Positions 45,318 to 45,862 of a stretch of 45,862 nt of DNA are shown one piece after another. A program made the translations under genes and the position numbers. The notes beneath the pieces are model-generated. The model worked only from the letters and a program-made list of their open reading frames with translations, searched no databases and had not been told where the DNA came from. How positions within the stretch are numbered: the stretch's first letter is position 1; the number at the start of each line of letters is the position of its first letter. The stretch is from contig CAZDUZ010000003.1 of the NCBI GenBank assembly GCA_964508755.1, forward strand, positions 1 to 45,862, read 5' to 3'. The stretch is from an uncultured Candidatus Saccharibacteria bacterium. GTDB lineage: Bacteria > Patescibacteriota > Dojkabacteria > SC72 > JAFGCJ01.

Positions 45318-45862
45318 ATGCTTTCTGACACGGAAATCGCATCGCATCTCAAGGAAAAGGAGCTTTCAATTGATCCTTTTAATCCTGCACATCTTGGTGC
45401 CGGAAGTTACCAGGTGCATCTTGGAAAGATCATTCTTGTCCCTGTTCCTACAGATCAACTGATTAACCCTCTCGATGTACAGACACAGCCTGCTTATACC
45501 AAAATCGATCTTACTCAAGAGCCATTTGTTCTGACACCCGGTATGTTTGTTCTCGGAAAAACAGTCGAGAAAATCCGGCTATCGTCTCAATTTTCGGCGA
45601 TCATTGACGGAAGCTCTACCCTCGCCCGCACCGGTCTTACCATACACCAATCAGCAACCTTTATTTCACCCGGTCAAGATCCGCACATTATTACCCTCGA
45701 GATAAAAAATGACGGCATTTGGAATATTCAGTTTACACTGGGAATGAAAATCGGAAAACTCATCTTTTTTAAGTATGAGAGTCCCAATACGGTAGAGCTT
45801 AAAGAAGCAAATCAGTACAACGGTCAAGACGAAACAATCGGTGCACTCTTTCCGGTGGTATA
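45318..45862 (+). CDS. dcd: dCTP deaminase family protein (Dcd/dUTPase fold), 3' end outside the window
   Basis: Hand translation from ATG 45318 gives MLSDTEIASHL...GSYQVHLG...IDGSSTLARTGLTIHQSATFISPGQDPHIITLEIKNDG...KIGKLIFF. This matches Dcd blocks (GrSSlaRlGl.vh.tA..idPG..G.itLEi.N). No stop before the window ends. Confidence 0.8.
   Translation, partial: MLSDTEIASHLKEKELSIDPFNPAHLGAGSYQVHLGKIILVPVPTDQLINPLDVQTQPAYTKIDLTQEPFVLTPGMFVLGKTVEKIRLSSQFSAIIDGSSTLARTGLTIHQSATFISPGQDPHIITLEIKNDGIWNIQFTLGMKIGKLIFFKYESPNTVELKEANQYNGQDETIGALFPVV

Overview
45.9-kb chromosomal stretch from a visibly AT-leaning bacterium. The long ORFs are intact under the standard code. Gene content: groES-groEL with a CIRCE operator, MurJ, ComF, a SUF Fe-S operon split in two, a 1847-aa membrane-anchored alpha-2-macroglobulin-like protein, stress and ion-transport genes, and many short orphan proteins. 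This resembles an uncultivated small-genome (CPR/Patescibacteria-like) lineage, but that placement is inference only. I support about 41 CDS (two run off the window edges and are not in the ORF track), one tRNA-Ser(GCU), several near-consensus sigma70-type promoters and one terminator. I saw no rRNA, CRISPR array, transposase or integrase. Observations worth a second look: (1) a compact operon at 21.3-23.4 kb in which a ~50-65 aa peptide ending in ISTGTTTCCATGTC is overlapped by a 450-aa gene with LanM-dehydratase (DUF4135-type) motif blocks, a degenerate active site and no cyclase domain, so a candidate non-canonical RiPP system; (2) an ECF sigma factor followed 30 nt later by the giant alpha-2-macroglobulin-like gene, whose ~105-aa cytoplasmic N-terminus and single TM helix sit where an anti-sigma factor is expected; (3) an exact 18-bp copy of the tRNA-Ser 3' end 150 bp downstream, enclosing a densely hairpinned 132-bp segment; (4) a GC-rich 11-mer family GGGWCWGWCCC arranged as hairpins in only two intergenic regions; (5) two structured leader or sRNA-like elements in the long spacer where a glycosyltransferase gene interrupts the suf operon; (6) a tandem 8-Cys module in a membrane-anchored protein. 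All functional calls come from motif recognition by eye and need HMM or BLAST confirmation.
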